Part shown: one piece after another, positions 18,713 through 27,915 of the stretch
Numbering within the stretch: position 1 is the stretch's first letter
Layout of the letters: every line of letters starts with the position of its first letter
Assembly (NCBI RefSeq): GCF_036396855.1
Contig: NZ_DASWKA010000066.1
Span: 1-58,619, forward strand
Source of the DNA: Candidatus Deferrimicrobium sp.
GTDB taxonomy: Bacteria > Desulfobacterota > Deferrimicrobia > Deferrimicrobiales > Deferrimicrobiaceae
Direction of reading: 5' to 3'
Length of the DNA: 58,619 nucleotides
The notes under the pieces: generated by a model
Told to the model about the DNA's origin: nothing
Seen by the model: only the letters and a program-made list of their open reading frames with translations
The model's database searches: none
Position numbers and translations under genes: made by a program

Positions 18713-20383
18713 GTGCCATCCGTGCCGGACGATCTCTTCGATAAGTTCCTTACGCTCGGCTTCATCGCTCCCGACGACCTGAAGGAGATGAAGGCGCGTT
18801 CCACGGCCCTCGGGATTCCGCTGGCCGAGATGGCCCTCCTTGCGGGCCGGCTGCACCCGGACGCGCGCGCATGGATTCTCTCGGAGGCGCTCGGGATCCC
18901 GTTTCTCGAGGTCGAACCCGACTCCATATCCCTCGATCTCGCCCACCTGTTTCCCGAAACGTTGGCCCGCGAGAATCGGATCGTTCCGATCGCCCGCGAA
19001 GGAAACCGGGTGACGGTGGCGGTGACCGACCCGTTTCGACAGGGGACGTTCACGGTCATCGAGGAGATGACCGACCTCTCGCTGCGAATGGTGGTGTGCC
19101 CCGGGCGGACGATCGGCGAGATCCTTGCCCGCTTTTTCCCCGACCCGTCCGGCCTGGGGCCGCTCGAACCCGGCGAGGGGTCGATTTCCCGGGAGGAGGC
19201 CGAGGAGTGGCTCTCGGAGGGCGGGAAGAAGAGGGTTTGCGGGCAGATCCTGCTCCACGCGGTGTCCCGCGGAATGTCGGGCGTCCGGATGTTCCCCGTC
19301 GGCCGGGACGTGGTGATCGAGGGCCGCTCGGAGGAGAAAACCGTGCGCCTGCTCTCCTTCCCCCTCCGGTTCCGGAAACCTCTCTTCGACGCGTTCCTCG
19401 AACTTGCGGGCGTCCCGGGCGGGTCGGACCTTCCCCCGGAAACGGTCTTCCAGCTTGAGTCCGGGACCGAGGCCGTCGCCCTCCAGGCGAGTTTCCTGAG
19501 GGGACTCTCCGGCCCCGAGGTGATCATCAAGATTCTCCCCGACCTGAGGTCGGGGATCTCCCTCGACTCCGTCGGCTTCAACCCGGGCCAGCTCGATATC
19601 ACCGAAAAGGTTCTGCGCAAGGGAAACGGGCTCTTCCTCGTCTCTTCCCCCGGACCCGAAGGGGTCGCCACCACCCTGTTCGCCATGCTCCGGGAGGGGT
19701 ACCGGCCCGGACTTCGCGTCATCACCGTCGAAGAGCGCCACCGGTTCCGGAACGAGGGGTATATCCAGCTCGACCGGAGGCAGGCGGAGGACCGGTATTC
19801 CGGCGACTGGTCCCTCCTGGCGGATTCGCTCGAACCCGATATCCTGATGATCGAGAACTTGCCCGATCCGGCGGCCCTCGCCGACCTTCTTCACCTCGCG
19901 CAAGGCGGTTCCCTGGTGCTGTGCGGCATCCGGAGGTTCAACTTCGACCGGGCGCTGCGCACGCTTTTGACCCTCGAGGTGGACCCGTTCATCCTGGCGC
20001 ACGTCATGCGCCTCGTCATGCACCAGCGGCTGGTGAAGATGCTCTGCAGGGAATGCCGTCGGCCGGTTCCCGCGAGGCCATCCTTGAGGATGGTGGGGGA
20101 GAGGTACCGTGGCGAGCTGGAGCGGATCGTGGCGGATGCCACGTTCTATCTTCCTTCCGGATGTTCGAAGTGCGGCGGGACGGGCTATTCTGGCCGGATG
20201 GCGCTCATCGAGCTGATCCCCTTCACGCCGGGGGTGCAGATCATCGTATCGTCGGAGGGTACGCTCGAGGAGAAGTTGTCGCAGTTGATGGAGGAAGATC
20301 TGTACTCCTCCGCGCAATCGGTGCAGGAGATGCTCAAGCACGGGCTGGTCAACTACGAGGACGTCGCTCCGTTCTTCCGTTGA
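18713..20383 (+). CDS. GspE/PilB-family secretion-ATPase homologue with degenerate nucleotide-binding motifs
   Basis: T2SSE N-terminal-like domains and a tetracysteine CRECR...CSKCGGTGYSGR are present. Walker A reads SSPGPEGVATTL (no Lys), the Asp box VITVEERHR, Walker B PDILMIENLPD, and the His box GGSLVLCGI. GTG 18713 follows GGGAGG. Confidence 0.75.
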   Translation: MPSVPDDLFDKFLTLGFIAPDDLKEMKARSTALGIPLAEMALLAGRLHPDARAWILSEALGIPFLEVEPDSISLDLAHLFPETLARENRIVPIAREGNRVTVAVTDPFRQGTFTVIEEMTDLSLRMVVCPGRTIGEILARFFPDPSGLGPLEPGEGSISREEAEEWLSEGGKKRVCGQILLHAVSRGMSGVRMFPVGRDVVIEGRSEEKTVRLLSFPLRFRKPLFDAFLELAGVPGGSDLPPETVFQLESGTEAVALQASFLRGLSGPEVIIKILPDLRSGISLDSVGFNPGQLDITEKVLRKGNGLFLVSSPGPEGVATTLFAMLREGYRPGLRVITVEERHRFRNEGYIQLDRRQAEDRYSGDWSLLADSLEPDILMIENLPDPAALADLLHLAQGGSLVLCGIRRFNFDRALRTLLTLEVDPFILAHVMRLVMHQRLVKMLCRECRRPVPARPSLRMVGERYRGELERIVADATFYLPSGCSKCGGTGYSGRMALIELIPFTPGVQIIVSSEGTLEEKLSQLMEEDLYSSAQSVQEMLKHGLVNYEDVAPFFR

Positions 20384-20444
20384 AACGCGGTCGGAACGGA
20401 GTACGTTGGAGCTCGGGCGGGCAAACGGGCGCCGGAGGAGTTCC

Positions 20445-22238
20445 ATGAAGGAGACGACGCTTCACAGGATGTTCCTGAACCGGATCGCCGAGGGCGGGGA
20501 CTCGGTCCGGTACATGGTCCCGGGCGATCACGGCTACACGCCGGTGACGTACCGGCAGGTCGGTGACGCGGCGCGGGAGATCGGTCTCGGGCTGATGGCG
20601 CTCGGCCTGTCGCGGGGGGATCGCGTGGCGATCCTCTCGACGACACGCCTGGAGTGGTGTCTTGCGGACATCGGGGCGACCCTCGGAGGATACGTCACGG
20701 TCCCGATCTACCCCTCGAATCTCCCGGACCAGGTGGAATATATCCTCGCCCACTCGCGCGCGCGGACCGTATTCGCCGAGGACGAGTCGCAGTACAACAA
20801 GGTAGCGGGGGTCCGGTCCCGCCTGCCTCACCTCTCGAGCGTCGTGATGATGACCGGGGGCGTCGAGGGGAAGGAGGGCGCCACGACCCTGTCCGAGCTG
20901 CGGGAGCTCGGGAAGGCGCACGGTTCCGGGATACCCGGGGCACTCGAGGCGCGTGGAGAGGAGATCCTCCCCACGGATGACCTCACGATCATCTATACCT
21001 CAGGCACTACCGGGCCCCCGAAAGGGGTCGTGACGCGCCACAGCAACTACGCCTTCAACGTGACCTCGGCGCTGGAGGCGGTCAACGTTCCCCGGGGCTC
21101 GATCTTCCTCCAGTTCCTCCCCCTGGCGCACTCCCTCGGGCGCCTGGAGCACTTCCTCACCTTCGACGCGATGGCGGTCTCCGCTTTCGCCCGTTCCCTC
21201 CAGACGGTCGCGGAGGACCTCGCGGCGGTCCGTCCGGAAATCATGGTGAGCGTGCCCCGGCTCTACGAGAAGTTCTACGCCCGCGTGCTGGCGAAGGTCG
21301 AGGAGGACGGGGGGCGGAAGAAGGCGATCTTCGAGTGGGCCCTCGGGGTCGGCCGAGAGGCGTCGCGGCGCCGGCAGCAGGGAGGAGAGCCGCAGGGGCT
21401 CCTCGCCTTGAAAAACGGGATCGCGGACCGGCTGGTCTTCCGGAAGATCCGGGCGCGGATGGGCGGAAGGTTGCGCTTCTTCATCTCGGGGGGCGCGCCC
21501 CTGTCCCGGGAGATCGCCGAGTTCCTGCACGCCATCGGCGTTCTCATCCTCGAGGGATACGGGCTCACGGAGACCTCCACGGTCGCGACGGTCAACCGGC
21601 TCGAGCGGTACAAGTTCGGCACCGTGGGGAAGGCGCTCCCGGGCACCGAGATCCGGATCGCGGCGGACCGCGAGATCCTCGTGCGAGGGCCGCACATCTT
21701 CCGCGAGTATTTCAACGACCCCGCCGCCACCCGGGAGGCGATCGCCCCGGACGGCTGGTTCCACACGGGGGACATCGGGGCACTCGACGACGAGGGTTTT
21801 CTTCGCATCACCGACCGGAAGAAGGACATCATCGTCACCTCCGGGGGAAAGAACATCGCCCCCCAGAACCTGGAGAATCTCCTCAAGAACGACCGGTACA
21901 TCAGCCATGCGTTCGTGTTCGGCGACCGGAGGAAGTATCTGACCGCCCTCCTCACGCTCGCCCCCGAGGAGATCGTCCCCTGGGCGGCCCGGAAGGGGAT
22001 CCCGGACCGGGGTGTCGAGGAACTGGCGAGGCATCCCGAAGTGCTGCAACTGATAAGCGAGCGGGTCGACGAGGTCAACCGGGGACTGGCCTCCTTCGAG
22101 CAGGTGAAGAAGTTCGCGCTCCTGGAAACGGACTTCTCCCAGGAAACCGGCGAACTGACGCCTACGCTGAAGGTACGCCGCAAGGTCGTGGTCGAGAAGT
22201 ACGGACGGATTCTCGACGATCTCTACGGGAAGGATTGA
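20445..22238 (+). CDS. Long-chain fatty-acid--CoA ligase (AMP-dependent synthetase)
   Basis: AMP-binding motif IIYTSGTTGPPKGV, plus GYGLTET, TGDIG..DDEGFLRITDRKKD and GGKNIAPQ. GGAGGAG RBS before ATG 20445. Confidence 0.9.
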   Translation: MKETTLHRMFLNRIAEGGDSVRYMVPGDHGYTPVTYRQVGDAAREIGLGLMALGLSRGDRVAILSTTRLEWCLADIGATLGGYVTVPIYPSNLPDQVEYILAHSRARTVFAEDESQYNKVAGVRSRLPHLSSVVMMTGGVEGKEGATTLSELRELGKAHGSGIPGALEARGEEILPTDDLTIIYTSGTTGPPKGVVTRHSNYAFNVTSALEAVNVPRGSIFLQFLPLAHSLGRLEHFLTFDAMAVSAFARSLQTVAEDLAAVRPEIMVSVPRLYEKFYARVLAKVEEDGGRKKAIFEWALGVGREASRRRQQGGEPQGLLALKNGIADRLVFRKIRARMGGRLRFFISGGAPLSREIAEFLHAIGVLILEGYGLTETSTVATVNRLERYKFGTVGKALPGTEIRIAADREILVRGPHIFREYFNDPAATREAIAPDGWFHTGDIGALDDEGFLRITDRKKDIIVTSGGKNIAPQNLENLLKNDRYISHAFVFGDRRKYLTALLTLAPEEIVPWAARKGIPDRGVEELARHPEVLQLISERVDEVNRGLASFEQVKKFALLETDFSQETGELTPTLKVRRKVVVEKYGRILDDLYGKD

Positions 22239-22247
22239 CCGGGACCG

Positions 22248-23033
22248 TTGCCCACCACGATCTACGAGCTCAACCGGATGCCGGAGGTGGAGCGGTCCGC
22301 GCTGTTGTCGCTCCTTGTCCCGACGCGCCTCTTTTCCATGTTTTCGATCGACCCCCGGACGTTCCGGAATCCTTCCGGTATCGAGTGCGTGAAGTTCACC
22401 TGCCCGGACGAGATGCCGTTCTTCCAGATCGACGTTCGGAGGGATGCCGCGGACAAGGACGCCGCGTACTTTCTCGACGTGTCGACCTCGGCATTCGGGC
22501 AGATGGAGATCGCCTTCATCATCGTCAATGATCCCGAGGGGGAGCGGTTCGGGATCGACCGGGACGAAAACGGTCACGAGACGTACTTCGGAACCGCGCG
22601 GCGAAACGTGCCGGAGGAACTCCGGGCGTTGGAGGCCGGCCTGGCGCCGGGGCAGGTTCGCAGGGGCTTGCGGATGATGCCGGAGATGGTGGAGTGCTGG
22701 GACGTCTTCTTCGGCCGGTTGGGGTACAAGTTCTACTTTCTCGAGCCGCTGGGGTACAACAGCGCGATCCTCTATGAGCGCGCGGGGTTCCAGTACTTGA
22801 AGGGAAAGGAATATATGGCCTGGATCGACAGGGAGTTCCGCCAGGGGGGACTGTTGCGCGGGCGGCTCGACGGGAGCACGCCGTTCCGGCGGCCTTCGCT
22901 CGCCCTGACCGTCCGGGGGAGGTCGTGGGCGATCCACGACGGGATCCTCGACGAGCCGTGGGAAAGCCCCAAGATGTACAAAACCGTCGGCGTGCACGCG
23001 GGCGTCGGCACCTTTACCGGGGAGAAATTTTGA
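22248..23033 (+). CDS. Conserved-looking hypothetical protein (no family recognised)
   Basis: 261-aa ORF with normal composition. TTG start 9 nt after the ligase stop. The C-terminal half has a weak acetyltransferase-like YERAGFQY motif. The stop overlaps the next start. Confidence 0.5.
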   Translation: MPTTIYELNRMPEVERSALLSLLVPTRLFSMFSIDPRTFRNPSGIECVKFTCPDEMPFFQIDVRRDAADKDAAYFLDVSTSAFGQMEIAFIIVNDPEGERFGIDRDENGHETYFGTARRNVPEELRALEAGLAPGQVRRGLRMMPEMVECWDVFFGRLGYKFYFLEPLGYNSAILYERAGFQYLKGKEYMAWIDREFRQGGLLRGRLDGSTPFRRPSLALTVRGRSWAIHDGILDEPWESPKMYKTVGVHAGVGTFTGEKF

Positions 23034-24970
23034 TTCCTGCGCGCATTCTTTCCGTCGCGCTCCTTCTGGCTGCGACAATGCCCGGCGCGGCGGCGGCCCG
23101 GAACGGAGAGGACCCCCCCCGGATCTTCCTCGAGAAGAAGGTCTTTTCCGACACGGCGGGAGGGAAACGGAGTTTCTTCGAGACGTACACCGTGGAGAAG
23201 GGGGACACGCTCTGGAAGATCCTCCAGCGGACCGGGCACCTCACCCCGGACCGGTACGCGGAGCGCCTCAAGGAATTCCGGCGTGCCAATCCGAAGGTCG
23301 CCGACCCGTCGCGGATCGTGCCGGGCCAGGAACTCCTCGTTCCGTCCGGCGGAAGACCGAAGGCGATGGCCGACGGGAAGACGGTCGACTATACGGTGGT
23401 GCGGGGAGATTCCCTTTCGGGGATACTCTCCTCCCGCGGCGTTCCGCGCGGGCAATGGGAAAAACACTTCGATGCGATCCGGGAGATCAACACGTCGGTC
23501 ATGGACGTGAACCGGATCGTCGCCGGGAAAACGCTCCAACTTCCGACGGATGGGTACTTCACGCAAGCGATGGCGCCTCCGGAGCCGGAAGTGGCGCTGG
23601 CCGCCGCGGAACCGGCGAAGGCGGCAATCGCCCCGGAGCCGGAGGTGATCGCGCCGCCGGAGGTCGCGCCGGCGCCCGTCCCGCTACGGGTGGAGGTCAT
23701 GCCCGACCCGGAGGTTCCCTCCGCGCCGGAATTGACGCGCGACATCGCCGCCGGCCCGGGCACGGACGCCCTGGCCGCCGGGAAGCCGGAAGCGGAGCTG
23801 CTGGTTCCCAAGCCTGTCCCCCCGGCAGCGTCGGTCGTGGAGACGGGGAAGGCGAAGCCCGCGGAGGAGGTCGTCATCCCTCCGGCGCGGTCTCCTTACC
23901 GGGGGCTCCTGTCGGACCTCTTCCTTGCGATCGGAGAAAAATGGGTCGATCACGGGACGATGTATCTTCCCCTCCCTTCCGGGGGGGACGTGATGCTGCA
24001 ACTGTCCGATTTCCCCTTCGTGCGATTCTCCGGGGGAGCGGAGGCGCTCATCGATTTCCGGGGCGGCATCCCGCCCCGAGTAGCGGATTCGATCTCCTCC
24101 CAATGGAAATCGCTCCGGGTGGTCTCTCTCGCCGACGCGGGCGGCGCGGGGGATCGGATCGGCCGGATTCTGCGCGTGTCGGGGTACCATTCCGTGAAGG
24201 AGGGGATCTCCCACCCCGTGGTGGTGGGCGAGTCCGTTTCGGTCGCTCTCCCGGCGCGCTGGATCCTGCTGCGGACCGAGGACAGTCTCCTCTCCGGTGA
24301 TCTCATCCTGCTGAAAGAGGTCCCGGAAAGGCCCGATCCCGACCTTCTCGCCGTCCTCCGTTACGCCCGCCGCATCGGGCTTCGCGTCCTTCCCTACGCC
24401 GACGACCCGAACGCGATGGAAGGGTTCCTCGTGGGGATCCAGGAGGATGCGTCGGAGGGAGGGATCCCGGTGGGCCTCGCGGTTCCGAAGACGGGCGGGC
24501 TCCCGGCGGTCGACTTCGGGCTCTCCCTCCTCGGGATCGCAGCCAGGACCGGGGAGCGTCTTCGCGTGGGTGGGAAGGGAGACGCCTTCCGGCTCGTGGT
24601 TTCGCCCGAGCGCGTCTTCGAGGCCGGAGGGAAGAAGTACGTCGTCGATACGGGGAGGATGTCCCCCGCGATCCGATCGATCCTCCGGGGTTCGGGGTAC
24701 GCTGTTTTCACGGCGGGAAAGGACGTTTCCGGCAGGGACATTTTCCAGCGGCTGATGAAGGCGGCGGGAATCGCGTCGGATGAGCGGAAGGAGTACCTGC
24801 TGGCGGGAGGCGGGAAGGCGGGATACGAGGTTCGGGTCACAGGCGCGTTCCTTTCCCTGCCGGGTCGCCTGAGCGGGGCGGGCCGAAGTATCGTGCTCGT
24901 TCGCGGGAAGATTCACTCCGCCACCCGGGCGCTGCTCGGAGACATGGGTGTGGAAATCGTCGAGTGGTAG
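23030..24970 (+). CDS. Secreted LysM-domain protein with a large uncharacterised C-terminal region
   Basis: TTG 23030 (TTGA overlap, GGGGAG RBS). Signal peptide ILSVALLLAATMPGAAAA. Two LysM repeats (YTVEKGDTLWKI..., YTVVRGDSLSGI...), a P/A/E-rich linker, then ~400 aa with an apparent internal duplication. Confidence 0.75.
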   Translation: MIPARILSVALLLAATMPGAAAARNGEDPPRIFLEKKVFSDTAGGKRSFFETYTVEKGDTLWKILQRTGHLTPDRYAERLKEFRRANPKVADPSRIVPGQELLVPSGGRPKAMADGKTVDYTVVRGDSLSGILSSRGVPRGQWEKHFDAIREINTSVMDVNRIVAGKTLQLPTDGYFTQAMAPPEPEVALAAAEPAKAAIAPEPEVIAPPEVAPAPVPLRVEVMPDPEVPSAPELTRDIAAGPGTDALAAGKPEAELLVPKPVPPAASVVETGKAKPAEEVVIPPARSPYRGLLSDLFLAIGEKWVDHGTMYLPLPSGGDVMLQLSDFPFVRFSGGAEALIDFRGGIPPRVADSISSQWKSLRVVSLADAGGAGDRIGRILRVSGYHSVKEGISHPVVVGESVSVALPARWILLRTEDSLLSGDLILLKEVPERPDPDLLAVLRYARRIGLRVLPYADDPNAMEGFLVGIQEDASEGGIPVGLAVPKTGGLPAVDFGLSLLGIAARTGERLRVGGKGDAFRLVVSPERVFEAGGKKYVVDTGRMSPAIRSILRGSGYAVFTAGKDVSGRDIFQRLMKAAGIASDERKEYLLAGGGKAGYEVRVTGAFLSLPGRLSGAGRSIVLVRGKIHSATRALLGDMGVEIVEW

Positions 24971-24988
24971 TCGTATAATTATCCTGGA

Positions 24989-25615
24989 ATGTGGCGGTCG
25001 GGCGTCGGAGGGCAGCGATCGATGGGGAGTGCGACGAACCGAAACCCGGCGCGCCGGTTGGATGACGCGTCGTCCCTGGCAGGGCGCCTGGAGATTCGCC
25101 CCCGGACGGCGGTCGTCCTCGTTCTTCTCACCCTCATGGTCGCCGTCGTCGGTTGGCGGATCGCCCGTGACACGGGAGCCCGCCGGGTCGATGTCCTTGC
25201 GCGCGAGGCGATCGGGATGTTCGACGCAGCGAAGTCGACGGGGACGGCTGCCGCGCCGCCGGATGCCGCGGAGGCTTCGGAGCGGTTCCAGGCACTCGCG
25301 GGCGTTCCCATCGGGTTCCCTCGAGACGACGTCGACTTTGTCCCCCTCGAGGTCCGAAGGGAGACGTTTGCGAACCACCCGGCCGCCTCGCTGCGGTTCC
25401 GCTACGCGGGAGAGGGGTATCTTCTCGTGGTGTCCGCCCGGGACCCACTCCTCGGGACCGCCTCCGTTGCGGCGTTCCCGGGGGGGGCGTTCGTCTCGGG
25501 AGAGCGGGACGGCAGGTCGTTCGTCCTGTGGGAGCGGGAGGAGGCGACATGCATCGTCGTTTCGGAGGTCGACGTGACGCTGGCGTTCGACGTGGTCCGG
25601 CGGCTGTTCACCTGA
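24989..25615 (+). CDS. Single-pass membrane protein (unknown function)
   Basis: 208 aa with one TM (AVVLVLLTLMVAVVGW) and an extracytoplasmic ~140-aa domain. It starts 19 nt after the LysM gene. The alternative start ATG 25022 is possible. Confidence 0.5.
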   Translation: MWRSGVGGQRSMGSATNRNPARRLDDASSLAGRLEIRPRTAVVLVLLTLMVAVVGWRIARDTGARRVDVLAREAIGMFDAAKSTGTAAAPPDAAEASERFQALAGVPIGFPRDDVDFVPLEVRRETFANHPAASLRFRYAGEGYLLVVSARDPLLGTASVAAFPGGAFVSGERDGRSFVLWEREEATCIVVSEVDVTLAFDVVRRLFT

Positions 25616-25652
25616 TCCGGAACGGAACCGAATACGCCAAGGAGGGGCTGCG

Positions 25653-26291
25653 ATGAACGTCGCCAAGCGGATGAAGAGGAACCCCGTGTTCGTCGACGAG
25701 GGGGACTCGATGAAGAAGGCGATGGATCTGCTGAAGGAGCACGAGATCCGGCACCTCCCTGTCCTGAAAGACGGCGAGCGGCTCGTCGGCATCCTCTCGG
25801 AGCGGGACATCAAGCAGGCGTCTCCTTCCCCGGCGACCGCCCTGGAGATCCGGGAGATCTACTACCTTCTCGACAAGGTGAAGGTGAAGCAGATCATGAC
25901 GCGGCGGCCGTACACCGTCTCCTCCACGGCCCCGATCGAGGAGGCGGCCCTGATCATCCGGGAGAAGAAGATCGGCTGCCTGCCCGTGGTGGACGACGGG
26001 AAACTCGTCGGGATCCTCACGGAGACCGACATCATCGACAGCTTCATCGAGTCGATGGGCGTCAGCGGCCCGGGGTACCGGATCGAAATCGCGCTGGCGA
26101 ACAAGCCCGGGATGCTCTTCGAGGTGCTGAAACTCCTGAAGGATTTCGACGCGAACATCGTGTCGGTGGCCACCTCGCCGCACGACGATCCGGGGCGCAA
26201 GGTGTTTATCCTGCGGATCGAGGCCAGGAACTACAAGGTGGTGAAGGCCGCGATCAAGAAGTCGGGGTTCGATCTTCTTTCCGCCGATTGA
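25653..26291 (+). CDS. CBS-pair plus ACT domain protein (AcuB-like), second paralogue
   Basis: Same architecture as 15830-16483: two CBS repeats ([16 protein letters not shown]) plus an ACT-like tail. Confidence 0.8.
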   Translation: MNVAKRMKRNPVFVDEGDSMKKAMDLLKEHEIRHLPVLKDGERLVGILSERDIKQASPSPATALEIREIYYLLDKVKVKQIMTRRPYTVSSTAPIEEAALIIREKKIGCLPVVDDGKLVGILTETDIIDSFIESMGVSGPGYRIEIALANKPGMLFEVLKLLKDFDANIVSVATSPHDDPGRKVFILRIEARNYKVVKAAIKKSGFDLLSAD

Positions 26292-26385
26292 TCCGCGTCA
26301 AGGAACGGGGGACCGCCTCCCGGCATCCTATATTATGTGGTGGCGGTGTGTTGACGAGGCTGCAGGAAACCGAGGAGGTGTACCG

Positions 26386-26604
26386 GTGAGACCAGAAGTC
26401 GAGAAAGTGCTGGAAAGCATTCGCCCCGCCCTCCAGGCCGATGGGGGAGACGTGGAACTCATCGACATCGACGGCGGCGTGGTGAAGGTGCGCCTTCTGG
26501 GCGCATGCGGCGGCTGCCCGATGGCCACCATGACGTTGAAGGGTGGCATCGAAGCGGCTCTCAAGGAGCGGATTCCGGCCGTCGAACGGGTGGAATCCGT
26601 ATAA
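26386..26604 (+). CDS. NifU C-terminal-like (Nfu) Fe-S cluster carrier
   Basis: [36 protein letters not shown] is a classical Nfu CxxC domain. GTG 26386 follows GAGGAGG. The track ORF starts at 26335. Confidence 0.85.
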   Translation: MRPEVEKVLESIRPALQADGGDVELIDIDGGVVKVRLLGACGGCPMATMTLKGGIEAALKERIPAVERVESV

Positions 26605-26632
26605 CCCACTAACGTTTTCCGAGGGAGGTGTC

Positions 26633-26803
26633 ATGGCGTACAAAATCACGGAGGAGTGCATCGCCTGCGGCGCATGTGTTCCGGAATGTCCCGTCCAGTG
26701 CATCTCGGAGGGCGATCCGATCTACACGATCGACGCGAGCACCTGCACGGATTGCGCGGCGTGCGCGGGGGTGTGCCCTACCGCGGCGTGCGTCCCGGCG
26801 TAA
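26633..26803 (+). CDS. 2x[4Fe-4S] ferredoxin
   Basis: 56 aa: CIACGACVPECP ... CTDCAACAGVCP. GAGGGAGG RBS before ATG 26633. Confidence 0.9.
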   Translation: MAYKITEECIACGACVPECPVQCISEGDPIYTIDASTCTDCAACAGVCPTAACVPA

Positions 26804-26847
26804 CGCGAACATCACCGGGACGAAACTTGGCCGGCGGACGCCGGCCC

Positions 26848-26888
26848 GGGCGGGGGTGAAAGAACACCTTTTCACCCCCGCCCCTTTT
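26848..26888 (+). terminator. Stem-loop terminator between convergent genes
   Basis: GGGCGGGGGTGAAA / TTTCACCCCCGCCC stem (14 bp) with an 8-nt loop, then CTTTTT. Lies between the ferredoxin (+) and the tlpA-like gene (-). Confidence 0.75.
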
Positions 26889-26896
26889 TGCCCACC

Positions 26897-27466
26897 CTAC
26901 AACAGTTTCTTGACTTCCTTGTCGAAGGCGTCCTCGTCCATGTAGCCGACGTGCACGTTCTTGATCTCGCCGTCCTTTCCAACGAAGAAGGTGGTCGGTA
27001 GGGCGGAGACCCCTCCGTACGCCCGGGCGGTGGCCAGGTCCCCGAAAAGGATCCTGTAACCGATCTTGTTGCTCATCAGGAATCCCGGCATGCTCTCGCG
27101 CGAGTCGGTGTCAAGCGAGATCCCGATCAACTCGAACCCCTTCTCCTTGTGTTTGTTGTATACCTCGATGAAGCCGGGGATCTCCTCCCGGCAGGGGGGG
27201 CACCAGGTGGCGAAGAAGTTGATGACTGCCGGCTTCCCGGCGAGTGCGGCGGAGGAATAAATGTTTCCGTTCGTGTCCCTGAGGGAGAACGCGGGAGCGG
27301 TCCTCAACCCGGAAAGCCCCGCCGTCGATCCCGTCTCGGCGATCGTAACCTCACGTCCCTGTTGCCAATTCCGGTACAGCAGGAGGACTCCCGCCATCAC
27401 CACGACCAGCGCAAGGATCAGCGGAATCGCCCCGATTCCATTTCGCGACAATGTACCCCTCTTCAT
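26897..27466 (-). CDS. TlpA/ResA-family thiol:disulfide interchange protein (membrane-anchored)
   Basis: 189 aa from ATG 27466 with an N-terminal TM. AVINFFATWCPPCREEIP thioredoxin-fold motif. Confidence 0.85.
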   Translation of the reverse strand: MKRGTLSRNGIGAIPLILALVVVMAGVLLLYRNWQQGREVTIAETGSTAGLSGLRTAPAFSLRDTNGNIYSSAALAGKPAVINFFATWCPPCREEIPGFIEVYNKHKEKGFELIGISLDTDSRESMPGFLMSNKIGYRILFGDLATARAYGGVSALPTTFFVGKDGEIKNVHVGYMDEDAFDKEVKKLL

Positions 27467-27695
27467 TCCGCGTCCCCCGTGTTGCGACATATCCATGTTC
27501 GATGCCCATGATAGCAAATCCGGTGCCCGCATGCGCCGGAGCTGGGGAGCCGGGAGCCGCCTGCGGTGTCGCGGACGCTCCATGGGCGCCCATCTTTTCC
27601 CTCCATGGTATTATGGCGATCCGGGGCGATTCGTTTGAAACGGAATCCACTCCGGGTAAATCAAAACAGGATATATGCCGGCGGAGGAGGGTGAG

Positions 27696-27893
27696 ATGGC
27701 GGACTGGTCCATGGAAGAGGCGCTGAGAATGGCGTTGCGCCTGGAGGAGGAGAACTTCGTGGAGTACGAGAAAAACGCCGCCGAGGCGACCAATCCCGGC
27801 GTGAAGTCCATGTTCCTCTTTCTTGCCGCCGAGGAGCGGAACCACATGAAACTCATCAGGGAAAAGATGGGGCAGTTCAACGTCAAGCCGTGA
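27696..27893 (+). CDS. Small ferritin/rubrerythrin-like half-domain protein
   Basis: 65 aa from ATG 27696 (GGAGGAGGG RBS). Two predicted helices carrying E...ExxH (LEEENFVEYE ... LAAEERNHMKL). Paralogous to 30057-30254. Confidence 0.65.
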   Translation: MADWSMEEALRMALRLEEENFVEYEKNAAEATNPGVKSMFLFLAAEERNHMKLIREKMGQFNVKP

Positions 27894-27915
27894 CCCGGGG
27901 GGGCCGGACGATCCG

